Positions 25,030 through 37,857 of a stretch of 64,000 nt of DNA are shown here, in pieces. The notes beneath the pieces were generated by a model. That model had not been told where the DNA came from. It searched no databases and worked only from the letters and a program-made list of their open reading frames with translations. Both the position numbers and the translations under genes were made by a program. The stretch's first letter is position 1. Every line of letters begins with the position of its first letter. Source of the DNA: Rhizodiscina lignyota (Eukaryota); the NCBI GenBank assembly GCA_010015805.1, contig ML978134.1, positions 124,001 to 188,000 on the forward strand, given 5' to 3'.

Positions 25030-26155
25030 TGGTTGAGTGCTCGAATTGGGTGGTATTTGTTTCGGCCGGGAATGAGATCGCGTCCGCCGGCCGTGGGTAC
25101 AAAGTTCCTCCGTTTGCCTTGAGGGATTCATAAGCCATGTTCGCATATTCAGTCGCTTATCCATGTCTTGTATCAAGGTTTATCAAAAAGACTATCGGTA
25201 GTGGATGACTGCACAATGAAAGGAGAACAGTTCGGATGTTTAGAAAGTATGAGATATGACACTCGCTCGGACTGATCATGTTGAACTGCTGATGCTAGCG
25301 ACCAACTCAGACCAGAGCTGTCTACCATATAGAGACAGTAGATGGCAATACGGAAGCCCTTCCACATAGGGTATGCATATCATCAGCATCTCAAATAGCG
25401 GTAAAGTCGATTAATAACCAGAATGCTTCGCGTCATCACGTTGGCTGCAACATATTATGTAGGCACTACTCCATACCAGTTCGGAATTAGATAATACAGT
25501 CGGAATCAGGATTCTTCTCCTGTTGGGCAGTGCGTATTCGCAAGAACTTTCGATTTTCCTCGTAAGCCTTCTACAAACAGCATGGATCTTTGCGACCGGT
25601 GGTTTTTGTCGAAAGGGCAAGGTAGGTTTGAATCTCAAACTATGTGTGATTCCTCATCGACCTACGGTTGGAATGAGACAGGATACCCATCAGGCAAAAC
25701 TACGGTTACTGAATTGTTCATGCCGTTTCTCCGTTCCAAGTTAGATTGGCCACACGCTCACAACTTACGATCAGCTTGCCCTTGTCATCAACCAGTCTCA
25801 ACAGTGCACCTCTAATCGTGGGCATGCAAGCTCAAAAGTTGAAGGCAAGACGGCGATACCGTTTGCTGAATTGGGGAGGCGGTGGTGTAATGAATGGTCT
25901 CTCTTGCGGCTGGTATGTAAGCGGCCGATGAGTCCTTTTCCCTGTTTCGTGAAATCGAGCAATCGAGGTGTGCCACGGAACAGCAAATGTCATTTCTTCG
26001 CGGAAACATGCGAAGAGCGCTTCACAGTTTTGAATGGTACAGTGTGATGGACAGCCTCTAGCGAGCAGCCAAAGATTATCGGCCCAATCAGCCCGACGGC
26101 GAAGAGCTTTGGTAGGGTTTGCCCAACCGATTAGGTAGGCTGCAGATATGTGACG

Positions 26156-26199
26156 AGGGTTAGGGTTTTTCTTCTTCTGTACGCGCCAAGATTTCGCGC
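26156..26199. promoter_or_regulatory. Telomere-like AGGGTTAGGGTTT element plus ATTTCGCGC motif upstream of PWP2
   Basis: 13-mer at 26156-26168 and 9-mer at 26191-26199, about 65-105 bp upstream of the ATG. Confidence 0.55.
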
Positions 26200-26262
26200 A
26201 TCAAAAAAGTCTCACCCACCAACGTCACCGTTCGAAATTATCACCGACTATGATATGACAAG

Positions 26263-29145
26263 ATGAAAACGGATTTCCGGGTATGTGAGCTCTCCGCTGA
26301 CTGTACGCGGCTCTCGCGACTCCAGCTAATGCAATTGCACAGTTCTCGAATCTCCTCGGCACCGTCTACAGCAGAGGCAACCTGCTGTTCACACCAGATG
26401 GAAATTCTCTTCTATCGCCAGTCGGAAACCGAGTCACGGTCTTTGACCTCGTAAAGTGCGCTCTATGCTCATAGTGTACTGGAATTCTATCTAGAATGGC
26501 AATTGACATGGAAATGTAGCAATAAATCACACACGCTACCTTTCTCCCATCGCCGCAATATCGCGCGATTAGCCCTTAACCCTCGCGGGAACCTCCTCCT
26601 CTCTATCGACGACGATGGCCATGCCATTCTGACCAACGTTCCTCGACGTATCGTCCTCTATCACTTCTCTCTGCGTGGAGCTGTAACTGCTCTTACGTTC
26701 GCTCCCTCGGGCCGCCATTTCGCTGTCGCCATCGGCCGGCAGATAGAAGTATGGCACACGCCTTCCACTCCCGAAGCCGGCACCGATGGTGAACTAGAAT
26801 TCGCGCCATTTGTCAGACATCGAGTGTATACAGGACACTTTGATGTAGTTCAGAGCTTTGACTGGAGCAGTGATTCAAGATTCTTTCTGAGCGCAAGTAA
26901 GGACTTGACTGCGAGGATATGGAGCTTGGATCCCGAAGAGGCCTTTGTGCCCACTACGCTCGCTGGTCACAAACAGGCTGTTAGAGGAGCCTGGTTTTCG
27001 AAAGACCAGGAAACGATATATACTGCTAGTAAAGACGGCGCTGTATTCCAGTGGAAATACCTTCCGCCCCATGACGCGGATCCAGATGACGAGGATATCG
27101 AAGACGACCAGATGCGATGGAGAATCGCAAAACGACACTATTTCATGCAAGCGCCGGCACATGTTAGTTGCGCTGCGTACCATGCGCCGTCCAATCTCCT
27201 CGTTGCGGGCTTCTCGAATGGGGTCTTCGGAATCTATGAAATGCCCGATTTTAACGCTATTCATAATCTTAGGTAGTACCGGGTCGTCCGATTTGCAGTA
27301 GAAAGCTAACTTATTTCTAGCATATCCCAAACACCAATCTCACATCTGACCATATCTCCAACCGGCGCATGGCTTGCCTTTGGCTCAACTGCTACTGGCC
27401 AGTTGCTCGTCTGGGATTGGCAGTCTGAGTCTCATATCTTGAAGCAGTCTGCGCATCATGATGCTTTGAACGCCCTTGTCTATTCCCCGTCAGGTTCTCA
27501 AATCATAACTACTGCAGATGACGGCAAAATCAAAGTCTGGGATACGGGCTCTGGATTTTGTTCCGTGACGTTCACAGAGCATTCATCAGGTGTTACAGCT
27601 GCGCAGTACGCGAAACGCGGACATGTCCTATTCACTGCAAGCTTGGATGGCAGTGTCCGAGCCTGGGATCTTCTGCGCTATAGAAACTTCAGAACCTTCA
27701 CTGCACCATCACGATTAAGTTTCACCTCTCTAGCCGTGGATCCTGCTGGTGAAGTGGTTTGTGCTGGTAGTCTTGACTCCTTCGACATCCACATATGGAG
27801 TGTACAGACGGGCCAGTTGCTTGATCGCTTATCGGGACATGAGGGGCCAGTATCTACTCTTGCTTTCACGCCGGACGGTTCAAGCCTTGTCTCGGGTTCG
27901 TGGGACAAGACTGTCCGTATATGGTCAATTTTCGCACGGACTCAGACATCCGAACCCATCCAACTGCAGGCAGATGTCCTCTGTGTTGCGACTAGACCTG
28001 ATGGCAAGCAGATCGCAGTGTCGACGCTGGATGGCGCGGTAACTTTTTGGTCTGTAAATGACGCGCTTCAGACACAAGGTGTCGACGGCCGCCGTGATGC
28101 CTCTGGAGGTCGCAAGCTTACTGACCGCCGCACTGCTGCGAATGTCGCTGGCACGAAGTCTTTCAATACGCTCGCTTACAGCGCAGACGGTAGCTGCGTC
28201 CTCGCGGGCGGTAATAGCAAATTCATCTGCCTCTACGAAGTCACTTCGGGCGTACTTCTTAAGAAGTTCACGGTCTCAGTCAACCTTTCCATAGAAGGAA
28301 CGCAGGAGTTCCTGAACAGCCGCAATCTCACAGCCGCAGGAGCGCGCGACCTTATTGATATGCAGGGCGAAGCGTCGGATCTTGAAGATCGAATCGACAA
28401 ATCTCTTCCTGGGGCTCAGCGTGGCGATGCAGGTGAGCGCAAGACGAGACCCGCTGTGCGAGTGACGGGTGTCGCTTTCAGCCCGACCGGTCGCAGCTTC
28501 TGCGCAGCGAGTACGGAAGGGCTGTTAGTTTACAGTCTGGATTCTGGTGTCGTGTTTGACCCTTTTGATCTGGATGTGGATGTGACGCCTGCATCCACGC
28601 TCAAGACTCTAAATCAAGGCGAGTACCTGAAAGCGTTGGCGATGGCGTTCCGTCTCAATTCGCCGCAGCTCATCAAAAAGGTGTATGAAGCGACACCAGT
28701 GAGCGACATACCGCTGGTTGTGCGCGACTTGCCGGAGGTGTACTTGGGAAGGCTCATGCGCTTTATTGCCGGCCAGATAGAGGGCGGTCCCCATTTAGAG
28801 TTTGGGCTGAAGTGGTCGGAGAGCATTGTTGTTGTCTGGGGAAGGACACTGAGAGACAAGAGGGGCGAGTTTGAAGAGGAGGTTAGGCTGCTGAGAAGGG
28901 CAGTGGAAGGTGTCGGGAGAGAAGTCAAGAGAATTGGAGAGAGGGAGTTGTGGGAGGTGGAGTTCTTGCTGGCGCAGAAGCCCATGGCTCAGAAGGGTGT
29001 GGCGATGCAGAGGAGAATCGATGATGTCGTGGCAAGACAGATCGTTGGAAACACCGAGATGTTAGAGAGCGAGGAGCAAGGAGATGAAGACGTTGAAGAT
29101 GACGACGCCGATGACGACGAAGGTGAATGGATGGGTCTTGATTAA
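26263..29145 (+). CDS. PWP2: Periodic tryptophan protein 2 (Utp1), SSU processome WD40 protein, 4 exons
   Basis: MKTDFR|FSNLLGTVYSRGNLLFTPDG...SPVGNRVTVFDL; SVRAWDLLRYRNFRTF; FDPFDLDVDVTP. Confidence 0.96.
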
Positions 29146-29185
29146 GGCTGCTCGCTAAGGACGCGCGATGACTCAAATGGCCCAG

Positions 29186-31592
29186 TTACAACTTGCTCCT
29201 CCGTTCCACCAACTCCTCTACCTTGGCGAACTGCTTGTAATACTCGAGGCAATGCTTATTTGCCAGGGTATCCGATGGCTTTATATTCCGTCCCGACACG
29301 ATCTGCTTCACCGGCAATTCAACCTTCTTCAGATTGATCGTCGTCTGCCAAACCAGTCAGTGCATTGTCCCGGCGAACCTTGCAGCTTCAGGTTGAGATG
29401 GGGTGTGACTTACTGGAATCTCTGGTGTCTCGAAGACATATTTCGGAATATGACGCTTGCTCAGTTCCTTTCCGATCCGATCTTTTACCGCACTGGCAAG
29501 CTGTTGGGTGAACTTCTTGCCTGGCTTCATTAGGAGAAACAGCATAACACTCTCATCGTTATCCTGAGGCCGTCGTTGTCCCACGCAGATGCTATCCTGG
29601 ATATCTGTGGAAAAGAATTCGTCTATCACGTTGTAAATCTCCGCCGAGCCAAATCGCACACCAGAAGGATTCAGCACACCATCAGCCCGGCCTAGGAAAA
29701 TAACCTGTCGTGTAACAGGATGTATCATGACGAAGTCGCCGTGCGCCCATACATCGTCAAACCGAGCGTAATATGCGTTAAAATACTTATCACCTGTTGG
29801 ATCGCCGTAGAAGTAGACCGGTTGGTTCGGGAACGACTTCGTAACTACGATCTCTCCGGGTACACCGTCCTCTACCTGTCTGCCTTTGACTCCTTTCCCG
29901 CCCTCCATTTGCTGGTCGTACACCTGGACGTCGATGCCTAAACTGGCTCCCTGGCATCCCCCGACGTACACTGGAGTGATGAGATTATCCGTACCTAGAC
30001 AACCCGCAAGATCGGTTCCTCCAGAGACGTTGGCAAGCTGAACGTGAGGTGGGAAACCGACATCGTATACCCACTCGAAGAGCGCGTCAGGGAATACCAT
30101 GCCGGTACTGGTTACTGTCTGAAGATTTGAGAGATCGGTCACATCGCGCGGATGGATTTTGTTCTTCTGCAACTCCTGAAGGTAGCGTGGTGAGATTCCC
30201 CAGTTGGTGACTCTGCAGAGGGTGATCAGCTCGAGACTCTGGAAATGCGACGGAGAGATAGAAAACCCAGGGGACATACTTTTGGTCACCTGCAAGCTTG
30301 ACGAACGCTTTCAGGTCCGGCATGAAGGGTGAGCCGTCGTACAAGATTGCGCGACCGCCATACAGGAGGTACATGAGCGACGATAAGTACATGATCCAGC
30401 CCGTCTGTCATCAGTCTTAGTGGATGTTTTGAAGTGGGTCGATAACTCGCAAAATGTTTGACTTACAGTGGTATATTGCATGCCAACCGTCTCTGCACCC
30501 ATACCGCGCTGGAGATAACCTTCCTTCATTGCATTCATCAACACACCTCCAACGCTATGCACAATGCATTTCGGCATACCGGTGGTACCGGAGCTGTACA
30601 CAATGAGGAACGGATCGCGGAACTCGACGCATTCAAACGTAAGAGTTGAATCGCCATTTGCTGCGCCCATGAACTCTGCCATGGTCGTAGCCCTTGGCAC
30701 ACCGCTGACATCCGCGGCGTCGTCGAATCGTGGCTGACTGACCAACCCATCGAATTCTCTCATTTCGTTCACACCCGCCACAATCTCTTTCATTTTCGAT
30801 CGCAGGTCAATCGTCTTTCCGTTGTACACGGCGAAGTCGTCTACGAACACCCATCGCGGCTTCACCTGTAGCAGACGATCCAACACACCCTTCGTCCCCA
30901 TATCAGTACTGCTGCTGCTGAACAACCCGCCAATACTCGTGGTTGCGAGGAACACCGTCAGGGTGTCGATACTATTGCTAGCAACAACCGCAACGCGATC
31001 GCCCTTCTTCAGTCCACGGGCGCGCATGGCGTTTGCGAGGAGCCCGACACGCCGGCGCAGATCGCCCCAAGTCAGGTTTACGACTGAAGTGACACCTTCG
31101 CGGACTTCGGTGCATGCAATTTTGTAGTCGTGCTTGATGGCAGTGCTGCGAACTGAGGTGTTCCTGGGGTTGGCGGTGAAAAGAACGTTTTCGGCCCAGT
31201 TCATACGGGTACCTTGGTACCAATGCGGGATGGAGTCCATGCGGAGAGTAGGGTCAACAGGCTGCTAATGGTTAGCTAGATGGTCACCAAGACAGCTGCA
31301 TATCTATGATGAATGGCGATCCAATCGGGGCCCAAGAGCTCTTAGGGAACATAATCAAGCTTACCCTGGCATAATCTCCTTCGTGAATGAGGGCGATTTC
31401 TTGCCAAAGGTCATTCCAGAACTCAATTCGGTTTTCTCCCACGCTCCATTTGTGAAGGTCATGGTACCCTTTCAAACTCAAGCCCCTCTTCTTGTTAACT
31501 TTCTCCATAAACCGCCATAACCGGGTAGTTTGAGGATGTGGATGCTCCCACAACTTCCTCGGCATGGGCAGAGAGGTCGTTGAATCCGACAT
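29186..31592 (-). CDS. Acetoacetyl-CoA synthetase (acetoacetate-CoA ligase) with C-terminal PTS1 (SKL), multi-exon
   Basis: MNWAENVL, YSSGTTGMPKCIVH, SGGTD, WAHGDF, GRADGVLNPSGVRFGSAEIY. Last exon TTINLKKVELPVK...ERRSKL*. Confidence 0.93.
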
Positions 31593-31744
31593 TGTCTCTT
31601 CGCACGGTTCAAGAATCTAAATACTTTGAACGAAAGAATTCCCTGGACCCAATTGAAAGATCTTATAACGAAATTTGAGTTCTGCAACGCGCGTAGGAAT
31701 CTGATTCCGCACTCCTCAGCAGTGTATCCGTCTAGGTAGAGAAG

Positions 31745-31921
31745 CCTCGGCGATCACTCGGGTAGAGTAATCCTGATAGCTAGCTTTCGGAATCCGCCTG
31801 AACAAAAGTACGGCCGCAATCTCTTTGAAGATGAAAGAAATATCTGAAGCTCTCAAGAAATCCATGTGCACCTCGTTTTCCGATTTATGTGGCTCCTGGG
31901 CCAGCGGGAGCAGTTCCGAGG
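31745..31921. promoter_or_regulatory. Two CCTCGG/CCGAGG motifs (FarA/FarB-type fatty-acid response element) upstream of the acyl-CoA synthetase
   Basis: CCTCGG at 31745-31750 and CCGAGG at 31916-31921. Confidence 0.45.
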
Positions 31922-32199
31922 TCATGCATCCCAGATCACAAAACGCCCCACACCGGCCGCAATCGGAAAGTCGTACATGATTGAGCTTAATTCGACGATG
32001 AAATCTTATACCAGCGTAGGATATACCTATTTAAACACACTAAATTGCCGAGTAGACAAGCTATGGATCTCCTGCAAGTTCCTTGGAGAAAGGTTGCGGC
32101 TGTAGTTAAGATAAGCGCATCAACCTTGGCCTAGTACGAGTAGGATAAGCCGGGCCTCCACACGAGACACACCTTGAAGGGCCTTATGTTAAGGTGTCT

Positions 32200-32470
32200 T
32201 TACTTGCTGCGACTTATCTGGTATTAGTTTTTCATAGTATAGAGTCAGATTATCAGGATATTACTACTAAAATCATTGTTTAGATAAAGTCGTAACTGGT
32301 TTTTTACGTAATTTATATATAGTGCATTACTACGACAGATACGGAGTCAGCGGTTTATAAAACTCTTCTTATTAGATACTCTTAGTCAAATTTGTTCTAG
32401 CTTTAAACGTCTAATTGGGAGCGTAAATTTAATTACTCAGCACGCTAAACCCAACAAAGAAATTATCTGG
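32200..32470. other. Short AT-rich, TpA-rich island, possible RIP-mutated repeat relic
   Basis: Abrupt visible drop in GC with many TA dinucleotides relative to the flanks; no ORF. Indices not computed. Confidence 0.4.
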
Positions 32471-32928
32471 ACGCACTAGCAATCCTCATTTTCTGCGGAA
32501 GTCTCTGCAAGTGAATTTCCACACAAGAGGTCAACAATCAAAGTCATCACCACAAACACCAGTAGTAAGACACGTCCTTTGCCTCGCCTTCAATCTTGGC
32601 ATTACTCGCACACATACATCAAGCAGCACATAAATTCCTCAAGCTGTAGAAATGACCTCCAGCCCATTTAACATCACCACCCTGCCTACTTTCCTTTGCA
32701 CAAAGAGAGCAACACTGCAATCGGACCCGAGCGGGCTACGACGCTTTGATCGCTAAATTTTCGTGCCTACTTCTTTGTTGCTTTGCTTGCCCCACAAGCT
32801 GAAGGCATCAACGTCGCAGATATCAGCGACAACCACACCAGCAACAACACTGGCCCTCCATCGAAAAGCAGCTCAGCCGCCGGGAGATCATTTCAATCCA
32901 ACTTTGACTATCCACTGAATCACCAACC

Positions 32929-34714
32929 ATGTCAGAGGCAGTCTACGATACCAAGACTCTCAAGGAGTCGCGCGCGCCGACTTTCCAGAGCTTAGGAGGA
33001 AAATTGCAAGCTCCCTTACTGCACGCGCTCGATGACATGGGCTATGAGTGAGTGATGCATCAAGACTCCCTGCCGACTCCTATAATCAAATCTAACCTGG
33101 TCCAGATTCATGACACCAGTACAGCAACAAGTCCTGGCCGCGCTTCCGTCAAGCTCTGGCGAATTCCTCGTCCAGGCCAAAACGGGGACCGGCAAAACCA
33201 TCGCTTTCCTCCTACCCGCTCTTCAAGAGTTACTGACTACCAAGCCTGTGCCCAAGCGCCAAGTTGCAATACTCATATTGTCTCCGACGCGCGAGCTCGC
33301 ACTCCAGATTGCAAAGGAATGCGACCAGCTCACTGCCCGGCTTCCCCAGCCGGTCGAATGTCACACCGCCATTGGCGGTACCACACGTGCATCGAACCTC
33401 AGCAAGTTCATGAATGGTAATCCAACGGTCCTCGTAGCGACGCCTGGCCGATTGAATGACTACGTCGGAGAGGACAAGGTGCGCGCAAAGTTCGCAAACT
33501 TGCGCACCCTCATCTTGGACGAGGCAGACAGGATGCTGGACCAAGGATTCATCGACGACATCAAACGCATGCTCAAAAGCCTGCCGCCCAAGAGTGAAGG
33601 ATGGAAGGGCATGTGCTTCTCTGCCACCCTCCCTCCCAAAGTCCAGGACGTCATCGCGCACGTTCTGAACCCCGGCTACACACGCCTGTCCACCATCGCT
33701 GCCAACGAACTGCCAACCGTAGCCTCAGTGCCGCAGTACGCCGTGCCCATTCCAAATATCCATGACACATTCACAACGCTTTTTGCCCTTCTACAGCGTG
33801 AATGCGCCGCAAACCCGACCAATTTCAAGACCATCGTCTTCGGTACAACGGCGAATGGCGTCGCGCTGCTATATTCGCTATTCGGCAAGCTTGCACCTAC
33901 TCTTCTTCCTGGTCTAAAAGTATACCAACTACACTCTCGTCTTAGCCAGAACATTCGGACGCGGACGACCGAGGAGTTCAAAGACGCCACGTCAGGCCTC
34001 ATGTTCGCGTCCGACGTTATCGGTCGAGGCATGGACTTTCCAAACGTCGGACTCGTCGTCCAGTTGGGGCTGCCAGCCGACGCCGAGCAGTACATTCACC
34101 GCGTCGGGCGCACTGCCCGTGCCGGAAATACTGGCCGCGCCGTCATTTTGCTCACCACTGCCGAAGCCTTCTTTTTGACGGTCAACAAGCATCTTCCTGT
34201 GGATCCTTATCCTGAAGATGTCGCGACCAGCGCGGCTGCGTGCAGGCCCCAAGTGGAAGCAGCGCTCGATGAAGTGGACTTTAATACGAGAGCAAAGGCG
34301 TACCAGGCATTCTTGGGCTTCCACAAGACGTTTGTCAAGAAGCTGAGAACCGACAATGTGGGGCTGGTAGCAATGGCAAACGAATATTCAAAGGCCATGC
34401 AATGCCCGGCACCACCACCGTTGGATAAGAAGATTGTGGGGAAGATGGGTCTGAAGGGCGTTAAAGGACTTGTCTATGCTGTTGCGCAACCACAAGGACC
34501 GTCGAGAGGAAGTGCGAATGATACTGTGAGCAAGGGCAAACGCGCTAGGACAAGCAATGTCACAGATGGAGTCGATGCCAAGCTGTCGTCGGCCTCTGAA
34601 CGCAATCCAAAGCGCGGCGGTACACTGGATCGTGAGGAGTCGAATCACCCTGCTAGGAGAGGTCAAGGGAGGAATAGGCGTGGAAGGGGAGCCACTGAGG
34701 GCAGGATGGCTTGA
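32929..34714 (+). CDS. DEAD-box ATP-dependent RNA helicase, Mss116/Has1-like, 2 exons
   Basis: Q motif MGYE|FMTPVQ, AKTGTGKT, PTRELA, TPGRL, DEAD, SAT, GRGMD, HRVGRTAR, basic RGG-like tail. Confidence 0.93.
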
Positions 34715-35113
34715 TACTGGCGGATCTGCCTTCTGAACCACTTGTTCGCCAGATTTCCTGCAACTATGGAACTGGGTGATACCGTCGATGACTTTCAACA
34801 AAATAGCAATACGAGGGTTCGCCGGTTACGCACACCACAGCGAAACCTCATTTGCAATCAGCCCTGGGCCACGAGCTCCGTCCTCCGGTCCAATGGCGCA
34901 CAATGCGTACCATTACAAACAACGCATATCATAGCATAGCATGGGAATGCTACAGTGCGGGCCATCACAAACAGCGGAGTTTTACGAAGAGCGGAATATT
35001 ACATAGACAGTGCATTATGGACTCTTACAAACAGCTATAAAACAGGAAAGTAGTACATGAATACCAAATTACGATAATCATACACAGCGAGAACGTGAAA
35101 TGATACAATGGGT

Positions 35114-35131
35114 CACCATTTCGTAATGGTG
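35114..35131. promoter_or_regulatory. Near-perfect 18-bp palindrome CACCATTTCGTAATGGTG (TTACGTAA-like bZIP site)
   Basis: Reverse complement CACCATTACGAAATGGTG; related ATTACGA motifs at ~35068 and ~35225. Confidence 0.45.
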
Positions 35132-35504
35132 GGCGATCCAAACAGGCACTTGGGCTCTGGAGTGAATTTGGCCATGTCTCTTTCGGGTATTCATCGTTCT
35201 CCTGCGGAGAAGCTGCTGATGTGCATTACGAAACGACAAAATTTGCATGCTCTTGAACCATTTTGAATATCGATATAGGAGCGGCCCTGAATCTGCCTCT
35301 ATCTCTGAGAAATTTATCGACCTTGTCTCAACCGTGCTGTCGCACTTTCATCGCTAGTGCCGACACTGTAACAACCCCTTTGTGGCGGCTTGATTTGTAA
35401 TGGCTGACGGCATCCGCTTTAAGCTCCGGAGTCAGCTCGAAATGTACCTGCTTCCCACAACATTTTCAGCAAATTAATAATGCCTCTCTGAGAAGAAAAG
35501 GAAA

Positions 35505-36302
35505 ATGATTTCAGAAGGTAATACAGCTCGGGAAAACAGCTGGCTGGGTGTCAAAGACCCCAAACAGAGGAAGAGGATTCAAGACCGATTAGCACAAAGA
35601 GCCCGCAGTAAGTCTCTGACCAGACATTTCATGTTGTTCATGTTTTCAGAGACGAGAGTCCTAACTTGTTTTGAAATAGGGAAACGGCTTGCGGACGGCA
35701 AAGCGGCCCGTACGAAGAAGATTGAGGCGAACAAAATCAGCATTAAACCTACTCAAGCTCGAGAGGAAAATGTAATTGAGAGAGGCCCAGAATACTCCCA
35801 GGTCTCTCTTGAGCTCGCCAGAGATCCTGTTATGGAAGCTATCAGGAGAGATGACATAAGCCATATCACTAAATACATTGATCAGGGCCCCACGAAAGAT
35901 GTGGATCCATTGAAGATATCCGTCTTCACGGCAATGTACGAGAACGGTATGGTCCAGGGGATTGCGTGTGGCACTTCATTCCCCTCCAAGTCTCGGCCGG
36001 CCGGACCAAATGTGCCATTTACATTACATCCGACGCTTCTTCAGCTGAACACGGTCCACTGGCAATGGATCGACCGATTCCCCTTCGCAGATGCACGAGA
36101 CCAAATGATCTTGAACATCGGGGAATTCGATGAAGAGGACTTCTTGAAGGACTTGTTTTCTATTCAAAGTTTCACGTTAATAGAAGGGTGCAAGAGTTGG
36201 AACCCATCGGGATGGAGAATCTGTCCTAAATTTCAACGAAAATGGGGGTGGCTATTTCCAAGTGTGCTTCCTGAATCCGTCGACTCCCTCACACCGCCTT
36301 GA
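35505..36302 (+). CDS. bZIP-like basic region plus DUF3425-type domain protein
   Basis: ENSWLGVKDPKQRKRIQDRLAQRAR|R (in-frame intron), LHPTLLQLNTVHWQWIDRFPF, SWNPSGW..FQRKWGWL. Confidence 0.88.
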   Translation: MISEGNTARENSWLGVKDPKQRKRIQDRLAQRARSKSLTRHFMLFMFSETRVLTCFEIGKRLADGKAARTKKIEANKISIKPTQAREENVIERGPEYSQVSLELARDPVMEAIRRDDISHITKYIDQGPTKDVDPLKISVFTAMYENGMVQGIACGTSFPSKSRPAGPNVPFTLHPTLLQLNTVHWQWIDRFPFADARDQMILNIGEFDEEDFLKDLFSIQSFTLIEGCKSWNPSGWRICPKFQRKWGWLFPSVLPESVDSLTPP

Positions 36303-36314
36303 AGAAGCTGCAAT

Positions 36315-37137
36315 CTAAACAGTCTCGCCGCATATTTTCCGGACGACCTGAATGACGATGTCGGGTTGGCTCAAGAACGCGAAATGCCCAGTCTTGACTT
36401 TGTGTATGTCAACGCTGTTCCCGCTATCTCTTTCGATCGTTTGGATGAATCTTTGCTGCATCTCTGGAGGCACCGTTTTGTCGATTTCACAGTACATATA
36501 TGACACGGGAACATCCTTGTATCCAGGATACGTCAACGCTCCGGTAAACGAGATTGTCGAATGCTCCTCCGCCTTCTTCGCCCACTTGAAGCCTTCTTCG
36601 TACGGAAGATCGGAGAAATTGAGCTGAGCATTTTCGATTGGCTCAAGCCACATGTAATCGCCCTGTGGGAATGGTTAGCAATCGCAGTGGTAATGCTTTG
36701 GGATAAAGCCCGACGTTTATCTTGAGGTATGGCGGAACTGAGTCGCCGGACATGATATCACTCGAAGACTCGCCAACAGCAGGCACAATCGCAGTGGCAT
36801 AAAGCACACGAATGATGCCTCCATTCTTGCCATCGGCTTCTCTCTGCGACTTCGCTAGACCGCGGATACTCTCACTTGCTGGAATTCCGCCATACGAGTG
36901 TGCTATGAGCAGAATGTCTCTGCCCTCATCAGCCAACGACTCAACGGCTTTGTGGATTGCTGCTGCGTCGTCAAGCATTGTTGCGGCCGGGGCTGGGTCC
37001 TTGCGACCGATTGATGGATATTCAACAAAGTGGACATCAGGATATCCGGCGTCGTTGAGCTGAGTTATGAAAAGCTCGTAGAATAGAGCTGGTGAAAAGG
37101 AGCCTGGGACGATGACAATTGTTGGCTTGGATGCCAT
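36315..37137 (-). CDS. Alpha/beta hydrolase (methylesterase-like, Abhydrolase_6), 2 exons
   Basis: IVIVPGSF oxyanion region, AHSYGG nucleophile, CEIDK Asp, TGHFAF His. Confidence 0.92.
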
Positions 37138-37857
37138 TGCTTTTGAAAGCGAATGAATCGTAGCCCAGGAGACTCAGCAATATTAGACGTGTTGGAGAAT
37201 ATAGTACGAAGTACTGAGATAGTATGCTCAACCTGTTCCAAACCTTCTATTTAAATACCTTAATGACGCAAACCTCTGTAATCTCCCGATAACCGCATAT
37301 TGTATAATTGGCCACATTAACGCTTTGACTCTAGCTTCAAGTAGTTTTGTGAGCGAAAGGGAGGCCTCCGAGCCCGAAAAGCGCTGTATTAAAAATCGTT
37401 GCGATTTCAAAGCTGTCAGAAGGAGGTTTTCTGAGTTGGCAACTGCAATTTCGAATGGCTGCATTCTCGGCTGGGTTCAACAATAGTCCAAGATGGTACA
37501 ATATGATTGGACAAGAAATGTCAGAAAATGTCAGAAACTAGCCGTCTTGGCAAGCCTCAGATTCGGCCTTTCGAAAGCTCCGAAACATCATTATAAAATG
37601 TATGATTAGTCACATAGCAAGCCCCACGTGGGCCTAAAAGGGCGAATGAGGATCTCTCTCTCTGCGAAACATCATGTCACAATAGTGACTTTCATGGTCT
37701 TTCTCTAGAAATGACATGATGCATAATGATTCATTTCATGCAAACTTTTCCTGTACGCCAGCAATATGGATAGTTTTAGAGGCTTTTCAAAAGCCCCGTG
37801 CCTCAATGCGATGATCCCACTCCTTTTTGCAAATCATTCTTCACCAAATGTCGGCTC

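Noticed and set aside
25195..25295. Possible box C/D snoRNA (GGATGA...CTGA)
   Set aside because: The C box is imperfect, there is no clear terminal stem, and I could not identify a convincing rRNA-complementary guide.
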